DNA of 64,000 bases from a virus. This document shows positions 1 through 12,500 of the stretch, piece by piece (the stretch's first letter is position 1; each line of letters begins with the position of its first letter). The notes under the pieces are model-generated. The model worked only from the letters and a program-made list of their open reading frames with translations. It ran no database searches and was not told where the DNA came from. The translations under genes were made by a program, and so were the position numbers. Where the stretch lies: the IMG/VR virus record IMGVR_UViG_3300036715_000153, positions 76,395-140,394 of that record, one strand, 5' to 3'.

Positions 1-1419
1 ACCACGAACTTCTGTTTCTGGTTCGTCTCTCGCCATCGCAATAGATAGTATCTGTGGTAACATATCGTGTGCTAGTCTATCTTTATATGCAGCTAATACT
101 GCCGCTCTCGCATCGCTGTTGTTGAGCGATTTAAAATATTCTTGAGTTGTAGCCCAAGCAAATAACACGATCGTCATAACCATATCGTCGTGTGCATTAT
201 CGTCTGCCTCGTACGAAGATCCTTTACTAATAAACGTAGAGAACTCTGAAATCGTCGCTTCGTCGTTTATAATAAGCAAGTCTGACTCGATAATCTGTTT
301 TGCATTCGAACAACCGATGCGCTTCGTACGCTTGTCTGTCCTCAATCCGTTCTGCTGTTGCATTGATGCACCAGACATTAACTGTTGTCCGTGTTTAGTA
401 GATTGCCCTACCCACGCAACGTTCTCGTAACCAAACTCATATACTAGCGTATCTGCGACTTGTTTACCCGTAGACTGAATCTCAATCAATACAAATGCTG
501 TGTTATATTTAGTTGCAGTTTGATATATGAAGTCCGGGAATACCATAGGATTCATTCTATTATTCTTATACGTTGCGACCTGATTATACGGTTTAGCCGT
601 AATGTCTATTACGCTGAATGCAGACGAATCCCCACCCACACCTTCAGAGCAGTCGACTGTCATCATGTATTGGTGACCTTCAATCGGGGATTGGTATATT
701 TTTAAATTGTTATGAATTAGTTCTGGATTAGCGTGTACTAGCTTGCGTAGTGTTTGTGAGTTTAATAGCGTACCAGATGAACCGATAAACTCTGCACCAA
801 ACTCTTGGTCGAACGTTTCTTGACCAATGTTAGAAATCGTATCTGCTTTCCATTTCTCATCTCTACCCGGTACGTCCCACCAGTTGATAGAGTTGGCTAC
901 GAACAGCGAACGTTTTGACTCCGCGTCTACCCACAGCTTATAGAAATGATTCAGACCTTTGGGTGTAGACACCAAGATAACCTTAGTTTCTTGACCAGAT
1001 GAAATAGTGGGATATACTGAGTCCCAGAACTCTGCCCACTGAGTGCCCATGATAAAAGCTACCTCGTCTACAAACAGCAGACTGATGGACGTATTGTGTG
1101 AAACTATTCCGTTGGCATAATATTTATTATCTTTAACCACGAATGCAGGATCGTACATCTTCTTACTACAGTTTATAATAGTTTTACTCGATACTTTACT
1201 TATACCCGATTCTGTCACTAACGCTGCACCATTGCGAATAGATGATGCCTTTTTCCATCCTCGATCAGTCATTAACGGGTGGTTGGGAGTTACTTCTATA
1301 GAATTACCATTGATTGTCTCGAATTTAATAGTTTCGTCTGTGTCATATACAGCGACACCCGAAAAATCGGACCACCCGTCTGGTGTAAGTATTTCCCAAT
1401 CGGTGTTATTTAGAAACAC
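1..1419 (-). CDS. gp17: Terminase large subunit, C-terminal half: split-intein IntC (109 aa, 1419-1093) fused to the TerL C-extein; runs off the window edge
   Basis: Translated by hand from GTG 1419: (M)FLNNTDWEILTPDGWSDFSG...TPNHPL...MYDP...YYANGIVSHN|TSISLLFVDEVAF...YPTISSG...LVSTPKGLNHFY. Intein blocks B, F and G are followed by the TerL Walker B and motif III. Absent from the ORF track because there is no stop in the window. Confidence 0.93.
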   Translation of the reverse strand, partial: MFLNNTDWEILTPDGWSDFSGVAVYDTDETIKFETINGNSIEVTPNHPLMTDRGWKKASSIRNGAALVTESGISKVSSKTIINCSKKMYDPAFVVKDNKYYANGIVSHNTSISLLFVDEVAFIMGTQWAEFWDSVYPTISSGQETKVILVSTPKGLNHFYKLWVDAESKRSLFVANSINWWDVPGRDEKWKADTISNIGQETFDQEFGAEFIGSSGTLLNSQTLRKLVHANPELIHNNLKIYQSPIEGHQYMMTVDCSEGVGGDSSAFSVIDITAKPYNQVATYKNNRMNPMVFPDFIYQTATKYNTAFVLIEIQSTGKQVADTLVYEFGYENVAWVGQSTKHGQQLMSGASMQQQNGLRTDKRTKRIGCSNAKQIIESDLLIINDEATISEFSTFISKGSSYEADDNAHDDMVMTIVLFAWATTQEYFKSLNNSDARAAVLAAYKDRLAHDMLPQILSIAMARDEPETEVRG

Positions 1420-1532
1420 GAATCCGCCCGAGCTGGTAAGAAGTTAACTAACAAGTCGTGACGGTCATGCATCACTTCCCCGTGATTTACATCGATCGAC
1501 AGCTTAGTTATGTAAAATGATTGAGTCATCAT
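1410..1532 (-). CDS. 40-aa hypothetical ORF between the split terminase halves
   Basis: AAGGAG Shine-Dalgarno then ATGATG; MMTQSFYITKLSIDVNHGEVMHDRHDLLVNFLPARADSCF*. Its stop lies just past the GTG start of IntC. Confidence 0.45.
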   Translation of the reverse strand: MMTQSFYITKLSIDVNHGEVMHDRHDLLVNFLPARADSCF

Positions 1533-1594
1533 TGAAATCTCCTTTATCTTTGGTGCATAAAACGTAACAGTCTTTAGCTGTTACGATGTAGCAC

Positions 1595-1741
1595 CTATCC
1601 CTGATTTAAAATATACTGTTTTACTGTCTCCGTTGATGCTTGTCCAGTCGATGCTACAAAATATCCATTAGACCAAAAAGTTCTTTCTTTCCAAAAATAT
1701 TTAGAAAGATCAAAATGTTTCCAAATTTCAATAGTTGTTTT
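1595..1741 (-). pseudogene. tnpA: Truncated IS200-type Y1 transposase (C-terminal ~48 aa only)
   Basis: KTTIEIWKHFDLSKYFWKERTFWSNGYFVASTGQASTETVKQYILNQG* matches the TnpA C-terminus FWSxGYF...YIxNQ. The N-terminal HUH region and a start codon are missing. Confidence 0.85.
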
Positions 1742-2899
1742 CCATAATATATTATTTAGTGAAATATATTTTCAATTTATAGTGAAATATTAAAAATGAT
1801 AACTAAATAGTAGTATGGAATTCAAAGCATACAAATTCAGAATATACCCAACAAAGGAACAAGAGAAAACTCTTGCTAAGTTCTTTGGTGCCAAACGATG
1901 GATTTTTAATCATTATCTTCACGAAAATAAACAACGCTTTCAGAATAAAGAAAAGCACCTTTCTAATTTCGATATTAACTATGATATTACAACTCTTAAA
2001 ACATTAGAAGAAACTTCTTGGTTAAAAGAAATTGATTCTATATTACTACAGAACGCCAGTGAAGATTTACACACTGCATATTCGAATTTCTTTAATTCTA
2101 TAACTGGTAAACGTAAAGGTCCTTCTATTTCGATCCCTAAGTATAAGTCGAAATATGATAAACAATCATATCGTACTCGCGGTGTAAAGGTGAACTTCGA
2201 CGATAATATAATAACTTTACCAAAAATTAAGAAAGTCAAGGCAGCTATTCATCGTAAATTCACTGGTAATATTAAATCATCGACAGTTTCAAAAACTGCA
2301 TCTGGTCAGTATTATATTTCAATACTCGTTGAGGAAGATATTAAACTACTTCCTGCATCTGGTATCGAAATTGGTATTGATCTTGGTATCAAAGACTTGT
2401 GTATTTTGTCTAATGGTATCAAGTTTCAATCTCCTAGAATATTACTAGCAAAAGCCACGCTAGAATTAAAGAAGCAACAACGTAAACTAAGTAGAAAGCA
2501 AAAGAATTCTAAAAATAGAGCCAAGCAGAAAATTAAGGTAGCTAAAGCATATCAACGAATAACAAATATTCGTAATGCTTACTATCACGAAATTTCTAAT
2601 TATCTCGTTACGAATTTCGATGCAATATACATGGAAAGTCTCAATGTAAAAGGAATGCTAAAGAATCGTAAATTAAGTAGATCAATTCAAGAGTCTAGTT
2701 GGTCGACATTAGTTAATATGATTCAATATAAAGCAGGATTTTACGGTAAAACTTTTCATCAAATTGGTAGATTTGTTCCTTCGACAAAAACATGTTCGTG
2801 CTGTAATCATAAATTAGATTCGATTTCTCTTTCTACTAGAGAATGGTCTTGTCCGGTGTGCAATACACTTCACGACAGAGACCTGAATGCAGCATCGAA

Positions 2900-4166
<1,267 letters not shown>

Positions 4167-4170
<4 letters not shown>

Positions 4171-5072
4171 GGTGTCACCACTATAGTAGAATCGAGTTGT
4201 TCGCTATCCATGTCAAATAAAGTCATCGTCGCAGTCTGAATAGTCTTATTACCCAACGTGTTCAACGAAACAGTTGCAGCCGGATTCGTTGCGGTAGAAT
4301 TAGTAGACACTGTAAATGATGTACTATTTATGATGCCAGTTACGTATGTGCTAACAACAAATCCAGTCCCAGTTAATAGCTGCCCGATTTTAATTCCAGC
4401 AGTAGATGCGATAGTAACTACATTAGATCCAGTCGTTATACCTATCGTAATCGTTTGGATGTTATTGGAGCCCATAACAGGACCGAACATATATGTCTTG
4501 ATAGTAAAGCTCAACGTCCACTGGATATCTCTTGCCTCCCCGTAATCTGAGTCTGGGGTATTGTCTTGATAGTCAACTCCATTGAGAACGACTGGAGTAT
4601 CCTTTACGATGTTAAGCGTAGGGAAGTCTTTAGTCTTGATTACAAATTCTGGATTGAAGAACGGTAGTATCTGTTCTACGATCTGTAACCCGTCCTCGAT
4701 ATTAGCAACAGCAATATATAACTCCATCTGGATATTATATGGCACAGGCTGCATCTGTGTAGCCATCGTGGTAGGCGATGTACTATATTTGGTTAATTGT
4801 GTTTGTTGGATTTTTCTATCTATGTCATATTCAAACGACAACATGTTGAATGCCATTCTGGGAACGACTCGCTTCATGTTATAGTTTAATCCGGGGTCTT
4901 CCGCTTTTCTGGAATACGCCTTATCGGCAGACGAGAATGACAGTGGTACGTTGACCACCTGTGAGGGCGCAGTGCCGGCAGTACGTACTATTTGAATGTC
5001 ATTAAACAAGCTCCCGAATGCAGAGATTATAGACTTAGTATGTGCTGTATAAAATGGTGGGTTGTTTAGCAT
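4167..5072 (-). CDS. gp15: Tail sheath stabiliser/completion protein with an extra C-terminal beta module
   Basis: FGSLFNDI, VPLS, PRMAF, PVPYN, QIVEQILPFFNP, WTLSFT..YMFGP. Confidence 0.9.
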
Positions 5073-5231
5073 GTATGTGTTTGATTATTATTTGTTTTTA
5101 TTTATTTAGCAGTTTAATGCATGATTAACAGACATTTAACGTATCTATATCACATTATTGGTAAAATCGTGAAATCTGTCGAAAATTTACGTTTAAAATC
5201 AGTAACATACAACCACGATTTTCACATATTT

Positions 5232-5924
5232 TCACGGAGTCCCGAACGGCGAATTCTCATCAAACGTTAGAAACTGATTAGACATATCTTGTACGGTTTG
5301 ATTGCTTGCCCACGGATCAGTATTTACATTAGGGTTAACTGTAATATCATTACTGAAATCTGCTTCCTGCGAATCGACTGCGGGCACACCTGTCTGTAGA
5401 CTTTCTGATGAATATGACCACTTCTCACACGTAACCGAAAGAGTATGGTGTATGCCCAGAGGGAACCAACCAATAGACTCAAACTTATCTATGAATGAAA
5501 TCTTAAAGAAGTCGGTTGAACCGAACATAGGGAACTCATCCTGCATAGGTATAAACACGATATACCCTTCCATAGGTCGCAATGCACCGGGACCAGTAAC
5601 ACCATTGGCTGCAGCTATCTCTCTCCACTCCTTAGCAGATATATGAAAACTGAATTCTTCGTTGTTAGTAAACCCAAACTTGGTGAATAATGCATCACCA
5701 GATACACCGTTTTTAGCATCTTCAAATATAACTGGTACCTTGAATGCCTTAGATAACACAGGCATACGGTCTTCTCTGAAGAAAGTATCTACGTTATTAA
5801 ACTCGTTAGGAATTACATATATCTCTACCCCATATAGCTGAGTTAGTTCTTGAGATAAAGACTCTATAAGTCTACGCTCAGAGTTAGTGCTCGGATTGGT
5901 TTGAAAATATTGTGATTTAGCCAT
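5232..5924 (-). CDS. gp14: Neck protein
   Basis: LIESL..E..QLYG, FTKFG, RPMEG, C-terminal FDENSPFG; synteny. Confidence 0.85.
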   Translation of the reverse strand: MAKSQYFQTNPSTNSERRLIESLSQELTQLYGVEIYVIPNEFNNVDTFFREDRMPVLSKAFKVPVIFEDAKNGVSGDALFTKFGFTNNEEFSFHISAKEWREIAAANGVTGPGALRPMEGYIVFIPMQDEFPMFGSTDFFKISFIDKFESIGWFPLGIHHTLSVTCEKWSYSSESLQTGVPAVDSQEADFSNDITVNPNVNTDPWASNQTVQDMSNQFLTFDENSPFGTP

Positions 5925-5925
5925 A

Positions 5926-6663
5926 TCAGCCTACCATCATCATTGCAGGCAAACTATACATATCTATAAGCTCTTGTTTTAGCTCTTTGATCTCTTCGGT
6001 AGCCTCTTGTTTTAACTCTTGACCGCTGAACAAAAGACCGCCGGGGAGTGCAACTTGAGAATACTTGGACAAGACATTGGACCAAACGAGCTTGATCAGT
6101 GCCACCGTGTAATTCTGTAACCACTCATCGCCCCATATCAGGGAGTTTGATGTTGGGTCGACAGCCGACCACCCTTCGAGTATCATATATGAATCAACCG
6201 GAATCGTATCCCAGTCTAGGTCGAGGCTCACCTTACCAACCACACGGTTAAACCTAATAGGCTTTTCTCCACTGGTTAGCATAGAGATAGTAGAACGGTA
6301 GTTCATCAGTAGTTGATATGATGCCATACCAGTACCACGCATTGCCTGCCATAGCGCATCGGACGCAAGGATAAAGCTAGTGTTCAGTACATTAGATCCA
6401 ACGCCGGATTGGAATTGAAACAGACGAGTCACACCTGTGATACTGGATGGGACAGGTATGTACTTGTTCGTTATATCGTCTTGTGTGACCTTATGGGGAA
6501 TATACACCAACTCTGTGCCGTTGTAGTGTACGCGCTGAAACAACGAGATAGCCTTGTCGATTTGATCCTCGATTTGAATATCGGCAACGTTGATCGTTAT
6601 AACTGGTGAACCAAGTTGTCTCAAACAAAAATCCTTAAACTCGTCGCGAGTTGATGGTATCAT
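5926..6663 (-). CDS. gp13: Neck protein
   Basis: PSTR..FK..CLRQLGSPVI.INV, WLQNY..ALIK..W..LSKY..V.LPGG. Confidence 0.92.
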   Translation of the reverse strand: MIPSTRDEFKDFCLRQLGSPVITINVADIQIEDQIDKAISLFQRVHYNGTELVYIPHKVTQDDITNKYIPVPSSITGVTRLFQFQSGVGSNVLNTSFILASDALWQAMRGTGMASYQLLMNYRSTISMLTSGEKPIRFNRVVGKVSLDLDWDTIPVDSYMILEGWSAVDPTSNSLIWGDEWLQNYTVALIKLVWSNVLSKYSQVALPGGLLFSGQELKQEATEEIKELKQELIDMYSLPAMMMVG

Positions 6664-6842
6664 TCTTTGTCCCTCAATTCCAGTATCATTTTTAGCATGA
6701 CATCATTTTTCATTTTTAGTTGCCTAACCTCATTCTCCAATTCAAGTATCCTTGCAGGGAACGATTCCTCGGTTTGTTTCTTTTGGTGTGCAATTAAAAA
6801 TTGCAACCTTTCACTTGGTATATCGCTAGATGGCAAGCGCAA
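6660..6842 (-). CDS. Small coiled-coil hypothetical protein
   Basis: Overlaps both neighbours in an operon-like arrangement. Confidence 0.55.
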   Translation of the reverse strand: MRLPSSDIPSERLQFLIAHQKKQTEESFPARILELENEVRQLKMKNDVMLKMILELRDKE

Positions 6843-8373
6843 TCGCTCTCAGCTGTTTAGCTCTTGGAGGTAAACAGGAGTTAGCTCCTCTGAAAACCAA
6901 CTTAATTGAATATGTTTTAAACTCTGCCAAACCTCTGACTTCCAATGTATAGTCCTTAAACTCTGTAGCAGTGGTAGATAGTACAGGAGTTATCGGATAA
7001 GCCAATAATACCCAACTAGAATCAGCTACAGTATCAGTGTCGGAAACCTTATAATATACATCTATCATATTGCCGGTAGTAATATTAGCAGCAAACGATA
7101 TCCGTATAGACGTAGCCTTAGTATCCAATGTAATCGGCTTGGCTACATATTTGGATATAGACGACCCCGCATTCTTATCTGTCTCAGCAACTACACGTCG
7201 AGACGGTACGTTAGTTTCGTCATCAAGTAGATGGTCAACCATGACCACATTCATTAGATCCTGTCGAATAATAGGAGATACGTTTGCATTTGAAGTGCTA
7301 ATCGTTGCCTTAATAAGCAAAGGCTCAGTCGATGGTAGAAACGCCGCCTTATTATTGACAGACGGAACCATAATAGGATCCTTCAGGTCTATATCAGTGT
7401 TCACGTCCAACTTCACATAGTCGGTCGCTGTAACGTACCTGGTCTGATTACCACCACGCGATCTACCGCTAGTTGTTTTAATGTAGAAATCGCAGTTTGT
7501 GCTGGGCGGCTTAACATACCTAGTCGTCACGTTAATCAGATCTGCTTTAAGGTTGACAGTTAACATCATACTCTTAACATAGCATATACCGGTAGCTGTA
7601 GGTGGTGTACCTGTAACAGTTATACCGAATGAGTCGTTGTCTGCAACGGTAACAATATATTCCTTAGACACAGCTGCACCGCCTGCTCCATTCAACTGAA
7701 CTACAGTGAGACCATTGAACGTGCTAGGTGCGGGGTCATTGACGCTTATGGACACCCGATCATTTACAAATAACCCGTGGTTTTTAATGTTAAAGTAGAC
7801 AGTCGATGAACCAGATACAGTTTCAAGAATATGTCCATTGACAAACACCGGATTTAGGGGAGTAGATTTCAGTGTAAGGTTATATACAGTATTGGTTGTA
7901 AATTGAGCCTTGTATAACCTGAACATCAAGTCAGACGATGTATCCGGTGTCCACGTTGTACCGCCGTTTGCAAGGTACAATACACCCGGGTTAGGTTGTT
8001 TAGAAATAGATGTAGACTTGTTTATCGCTACCTGACCTATTTGTGCAACCCACGCATTATATCTGTCTGAGTTGGTTCTAAGAATAATTGCATATTCTTT
8101 ATCCTCTTCCAACACGACCGGACCACTGAACACGAACTTGGTTGCAGTCTGGGCATAATCACTAGTACCGACTTGGGAGGCAGCCATTATTACAGTGGAG
8201 TTGGGTACATTAGTCTCACTAGGAATACCTTCGTTTGTTGTCCTAATTTCGAGTACAATGGGAACCAGTTGGTCTTTCGTTTTAAAGAATATATCAACCG
8301 CAGTCAAATACATTCCGCCCTTAATGCCGTTTGTATTGAATGTCTGTGCGAACGATGTTGTTAGTTTAGGCAT
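6826..8373 (-). CDS. Virion structural protein, C-terminal part of VrlC/DUF4815-type protein
   Basis: AQTF...LTAVDIFFKTKD..PI.LEIR, DLMFRLYKAQF, terminal IKLVF...LRAIAL. Confidence 0.75.
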   Translation of the reverse strand: MPKLTTSFAQTFNTNGIKGGMYLTAVDIFFKTKDQLVPIVLEIRTTNEGIPSETNVPNSTVIMAASQVGTSDYAQTATKFVFSGPVVLEEDKEYAIILRTNSDRYNAWVAQIGQVAINKSTSISKQPNPGVLYLANGGTTWTPDTSSDLMFRLYKAQFTTNTVYNLTLKSTPLNPVFVNGHILETVSGSSTVYFNIKNHGLFVNDRVSISVNDPAPSTFNGLTVVQLNGAGGAAVSKEYIVTVADNDSFGITVTGTPPTATGICYVKSMMLTVNLKADLINVTTRYVKPPSTNCDFYIKTTSGRSRGGNQTRYVTATDYVKLDVNTDIDLKDPIMVPSVNNKAAFLPSTEPLLIKATISTSNANVSPIIRQDLMNVVMVDHLLDDETNVPSRRVVAETDKNAGSSISKYVAKPITLDTKATSIRISFAANITTGNMIDVYYKVSDTDTVADSSWVLLAYPITPVLSTTATEFKDYTLEVRGLAEFKTYSIKLVFRGANSCLPPRAKQLRAIALAI

Positions 8374-9398
8374 GTGTTATTCTTTTTATCCATGAATATT
8401 GTTACTGTAGTTGCTAACCGGAACATAGCGATAATGGACAACATAAGATATGCTCTAGCAATGCCGCACGATTTCGGCTTGCCGAATATTCTATTTTTAA
8501 TCCCAACCAGCTTGCTAATAGGGACACCGAATGTCATTAGGAACTTACCTGTTATGTTACCTTCGTGGTATTTACCTTGTCTAAAAGCCATCTCATGTGT
8601 CCACGGGATTATCATATCAATGGCCCACTGTGTCAGCAGATTTTGTGCGATAGTCCTATCTTTCTTCCAGAAGAAAACATCTGGTCCTTTACCACTCATT
8701 ATGTCAACTGCATCAGATGCCCATGAGAGATACCCGAAGTATGTATCTGGACTTGTTCTTATTGTATCCAACCCATACTGTTTGTCTGCATTATATATTG
8801 TTTTATTTATATAGCCAAGTTCATACATCTTGGTACATATAACAGTGCCTCCGCCGCCACCTTGAATCCACGGTTTAGATGGAGCCGGTGGAACAGGTGG
8901 GTCTGGAGTCCACACCTGGGTGTACACGTTGATGGGCACGTCCTCTATATAAGGGTCCTTGAAGATGGTGTTACCCTCAGCAATAAATACAGAATCAGCA
9001 TAAGTTACTTCACGCGACGGGTCTAGACTGTTTGTTATACGCAATATCTTTCTGCCTACGACAAATCTGTTGGCGGGAAGATAGAATCTAGCATAAACTG
9101 TACCATTAAGTCCGACCACCATCTGACTACCGATTGCGGCAGCACCAACAGAGTTTGCATTATATTCCGCCTCAGTCAATGGCTTGCACATAGCAGACAC
9201 ATCTATATTATCGAATGTGACGAATACAGGTGTGTAAGGCCCTAACGACATACCCTTAATGAGAATTTCTTTAGCGTGTATATATGGGACAGATACGTGG
9301 TTAGCATCGGCTGTCCCAACGTTGATTATAGGTGTGCTCCAAGTCCTGTACTTAGTAGTTGGTACTAATATTGTAGTAACTTCTGTATGATATGCCAT
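8361..9398 (-). CDS. Virion structural protein, middle part of VrlC-type protein, with a C-terminal GGGGG-VICT domain
   Basis: VPYI..KEI....L.PYT....FDNIDVS, F.VG.K.LRIT; Pro/Gly linker then VICTKMYELG...GY..WA and a hydrophobic tail. Confidence 0.65.
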   Translation of the reverse strand: MAYHTEVTTILVPTTKYRTWSTPIINVGTADANHVSVPYIHAKEILIKGMSLGPYTPVFVTFDNIDVSAMCKPLTEAEYNANSVGAAAIGSQMVVGLNGTVYARFYLPANRFVVGRKILRITNSLDPSREVTYADSVFIAEGNTIFKDPYIEDVPINVYTQVWTPDPPVPPAPSKPWIQGGGGGTVICTKMYELGYINKTIYNADKQYGLDTIRTSPDTYFGYLSWASDAVDIMSGKGPDVFFWKKDRTIAQNLLTQWAIDMIIPWTHEMAFRQGKYHEGNITGKFLMTFGVPISKLVGIKNRIFGKPKSCGIARAYLMLSIIAMFRLATTVTIFMDKKNNTCLN

Positions 9399-9399
9399 G

Positions 9400-9582
9400 T
9401 TAAGAGTTCACCAATTCAAAATTAGCAGATGGTTGATATTTCCATTGCTCCGAGTTATCAACCGATTTCACTAAACTATTAGAGTTTGCAATAAAATCGA
9501 CTGAAGTATAAGTAATACCATCAACCACGAATACAGCACCAACGTGTTCGGCATCTATTGAAAATGTTGTTATATCTGGCAT
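9400..9582 (-). CDS. Hypothetical protein
   Basis: Fills the gap exactly between two co-oriented structural genes. Confidence 0.55.
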   Translation of the reverse strand: MPDITTFSIDAEHVGAVFVVDGITYTSVDFIANSNSLVKSVDNSEQWKYQPSANFELVNS

Positions 9583-9584
9583 TG

Positions 9585-12500
9585 TTAATTCCTTAATGTT
9601 GTTACTAGAGGCAACGTGATCGTATCGACTTCGCTATCGCGTGTAGGGGATATTTCCATAGAACCTGCCCATATAAATACAGAGTTACCATTAACGTTTA
9701 CAGGGCGCGATGCTAATCCTTGATCAACCGCAACAACCTCTGTATATGGTATGAAGTATGAATCGCCCCATTGAACAAGTGGAGAATATGTATTTACACT
9801 CATACCAACCGACTTATGATTGAATATAGGGCGCACTTCGCCTGCATCTATATCTAGTGTCGCCCTATATTCGTTGTTACCTAGATCAGCACTATCTGTT
9901 GTAGTGAATGAATCTGCAAAGAACCCAGACTTGAATCTGTTTAAGCCAGTGTTAGCGTCGACTATCTGTGTGTCCTTAACTGAGGCTTCCAACATGTTCT
10001 GTGTTACAGCAACCTCTACATTAGCAATTCTTTTTTCTAATTTAGTTATATCCGCCATAGTGTACCGCTTGTGTTCCTGTGGAGTGATAATAACTTTATC
10101 TAGTTCTGCGTCTGCTGTAAATGCCGGTAAGAATACATCTGCTATTTTCATATTAGATGCATCGGATACATCCTCTGGCAATGTTGGTATATCAGCTGGC
10201 TGACCCTCAACAACTCTAACAATACTCTCATCTGTTATATACAGCGAATCATATCTAGGCAAGAAGTACGAATAGTCATACGTCAGGAGAGTGTTAGTCT
10301 GTATCTGATTCTTTGCAATGGAAGATGTAGCTGCACCAGAAGCAACCCTAATACCGATGGCCACTATAATACTAGACGCGTTGGTACATGCACCAGATAG
10401 TGTAAGAGTCGTACCGTTCTTTGCGGTGATATATGTGCCCCATGGAATACCAGGACCAACAACTAAACCAGTGGTTGCGCCGACGTTAATTAGATCGGAT
10501 GTATCACCGATTAAAGTTAGCGTAGTCGAACCTGTTATCGTGCCGAGGTAGAAGTTGAAGTCTGTATATGTGTCTGCTCGTGAATCAATTGTATCGCGAA
10601 CATCTATCTTGTTCGATCCCTCTGTAAACGATGGTATAGCCGCTTGATATTCTCCGCCGATATTGGCATAGGAATCTACAGTGTAAATCTCACCTGTCCT
10701 GGTAAAGTATCTGTATTGTATTTTTACCTGACCGCGAGCTTTCTTCTTACCCGGTATAAACTCAAGATATGAACCACCATATTCCAACGAATTCTGGTTC
10801 TGCACTAAACGGTAACTTGACTTGATATCGGGATCAGATGTTGTAGCTGCTGTGCCTGTTGCCTGTGAGTCATAGATGTGAGATATGTCATACACGTCCT
10901 GAACACCTAATGGTATTCTTGCACCGGGGACAGCGACGTTCAGGTCTGCGGCGGTCGTCAATAATTTTGTGCCAACGTTTGCTGTCTTGATATATGGTGC
11001 AAAGATTGTTACTGTATGACCGGCTGCTAGTGAAGTGTTAACTGCCAAAGATATGGTACCAGCACCAGATAGGACAGATGCACAGTCTAATATAGTTCCA
11101 ATCTGTGCACCAGCAGATACATAACCGAAGTACGATGTACTAGATATAGGAGCCAATATTTCACCGGATGTACCAGCATTACTACCATCTCCGTTGGAAT
11201 CTAAATTAATAACAATCTTCTTGAGGATGGTATAAGATGTAGTGGAAACGTTAGATGAGTTCTTGATAGTATTGACCCAATTACTTGGCATCTTAACTAA
11301 CAGGGAAGCACTTTCATTCTTGTTTACGATTGTTCGTAATGAAACGATAGACCTGACCAATGATGTACCACCGACAACAGAATCTCCGTCAGTCAATGGG
11401 CCGTTTGTACTATTTTTATATGCAAACAATCTCTTATTTGCAGAATCCCACTTGAACACCACGACACTAGATGTAGACCCAATGGAACCAGTAACAATCT
11501 CCGATGTAGTGAAGTTACCAGTGTTGTTAATCATGTAGTATGATTGTAGTACCTTGCCGCAACACTGAGTTGATGAAGCCGAGACGTTGAATGACCCGAT
11601 ATCACCTTGTGTTTTACCTGAGTTCAGATTGATATCGTATACGAACAACTTGAATATTGCATCAGCTAATGTGTTTGGACTTGTACCAGAATGGAATGCA
11701 ATATTCCTAACTCTAGCATACCCGATGATATTTCCAGCCGGAGTTCCTACGACTGTTACTGGTGCATCTCTTAATTCTATTAAAGTGCCTACATCTACCT
11801 GTGGAGAACCATACATCGATGCTACGTAGAAATAATTACCAACATTAAATAATGAGTTACCGACTGAATATTTAATGGACCTAGCTCTGTTCAATCTCAC
11901 GTTTGTGTTGTTGCCGATCGGACATTCAAACCCGTTTACATATGCTTTATTTGCATCCAACTCGACACCGACACATGTCTTCGCATAATCAATAGACTCC
12001 GTTACTTTGGTTTGATCTGGAAACTGAATAAGAACATTGTCTTGAGTATAGATACCATTGTTTGTTTCGAGCCTTAACCATGGTCGTACCTTAAATGATA
12101 CAGGCTTCACAATGAAGTTGCCGTTAGTATCGTATGAACGTCTGGCAATAGTCTTTAACACTTCATTATATGTAGACGTCTGCTCTACTTCAATTTGTAC
12201 GCCATCTATAATTCTTGTTAGTTCGATGAAGTCATTTGTCGGTATCGCAGATAAACTGTATCCAGTTAAGGATAGTGACATCTTGTATCTATGTGCACCA
12301 GGAGCAAGTTCATTCGATGTACCCAGTGCAGGGTCAAGTAAAGTAGCATCGTCTGAATCTGTTACGATTGTTTCGACTATATTTAAACCAACACGAATAT
12401 TTGTAGTGCTTGGGTCCTTTGCAATAGGTACAGAATGTGAAAATACCTTTACGAAATAGTTGTTCGCATAATAGATACCATCACTAATACTGGCTACCCA

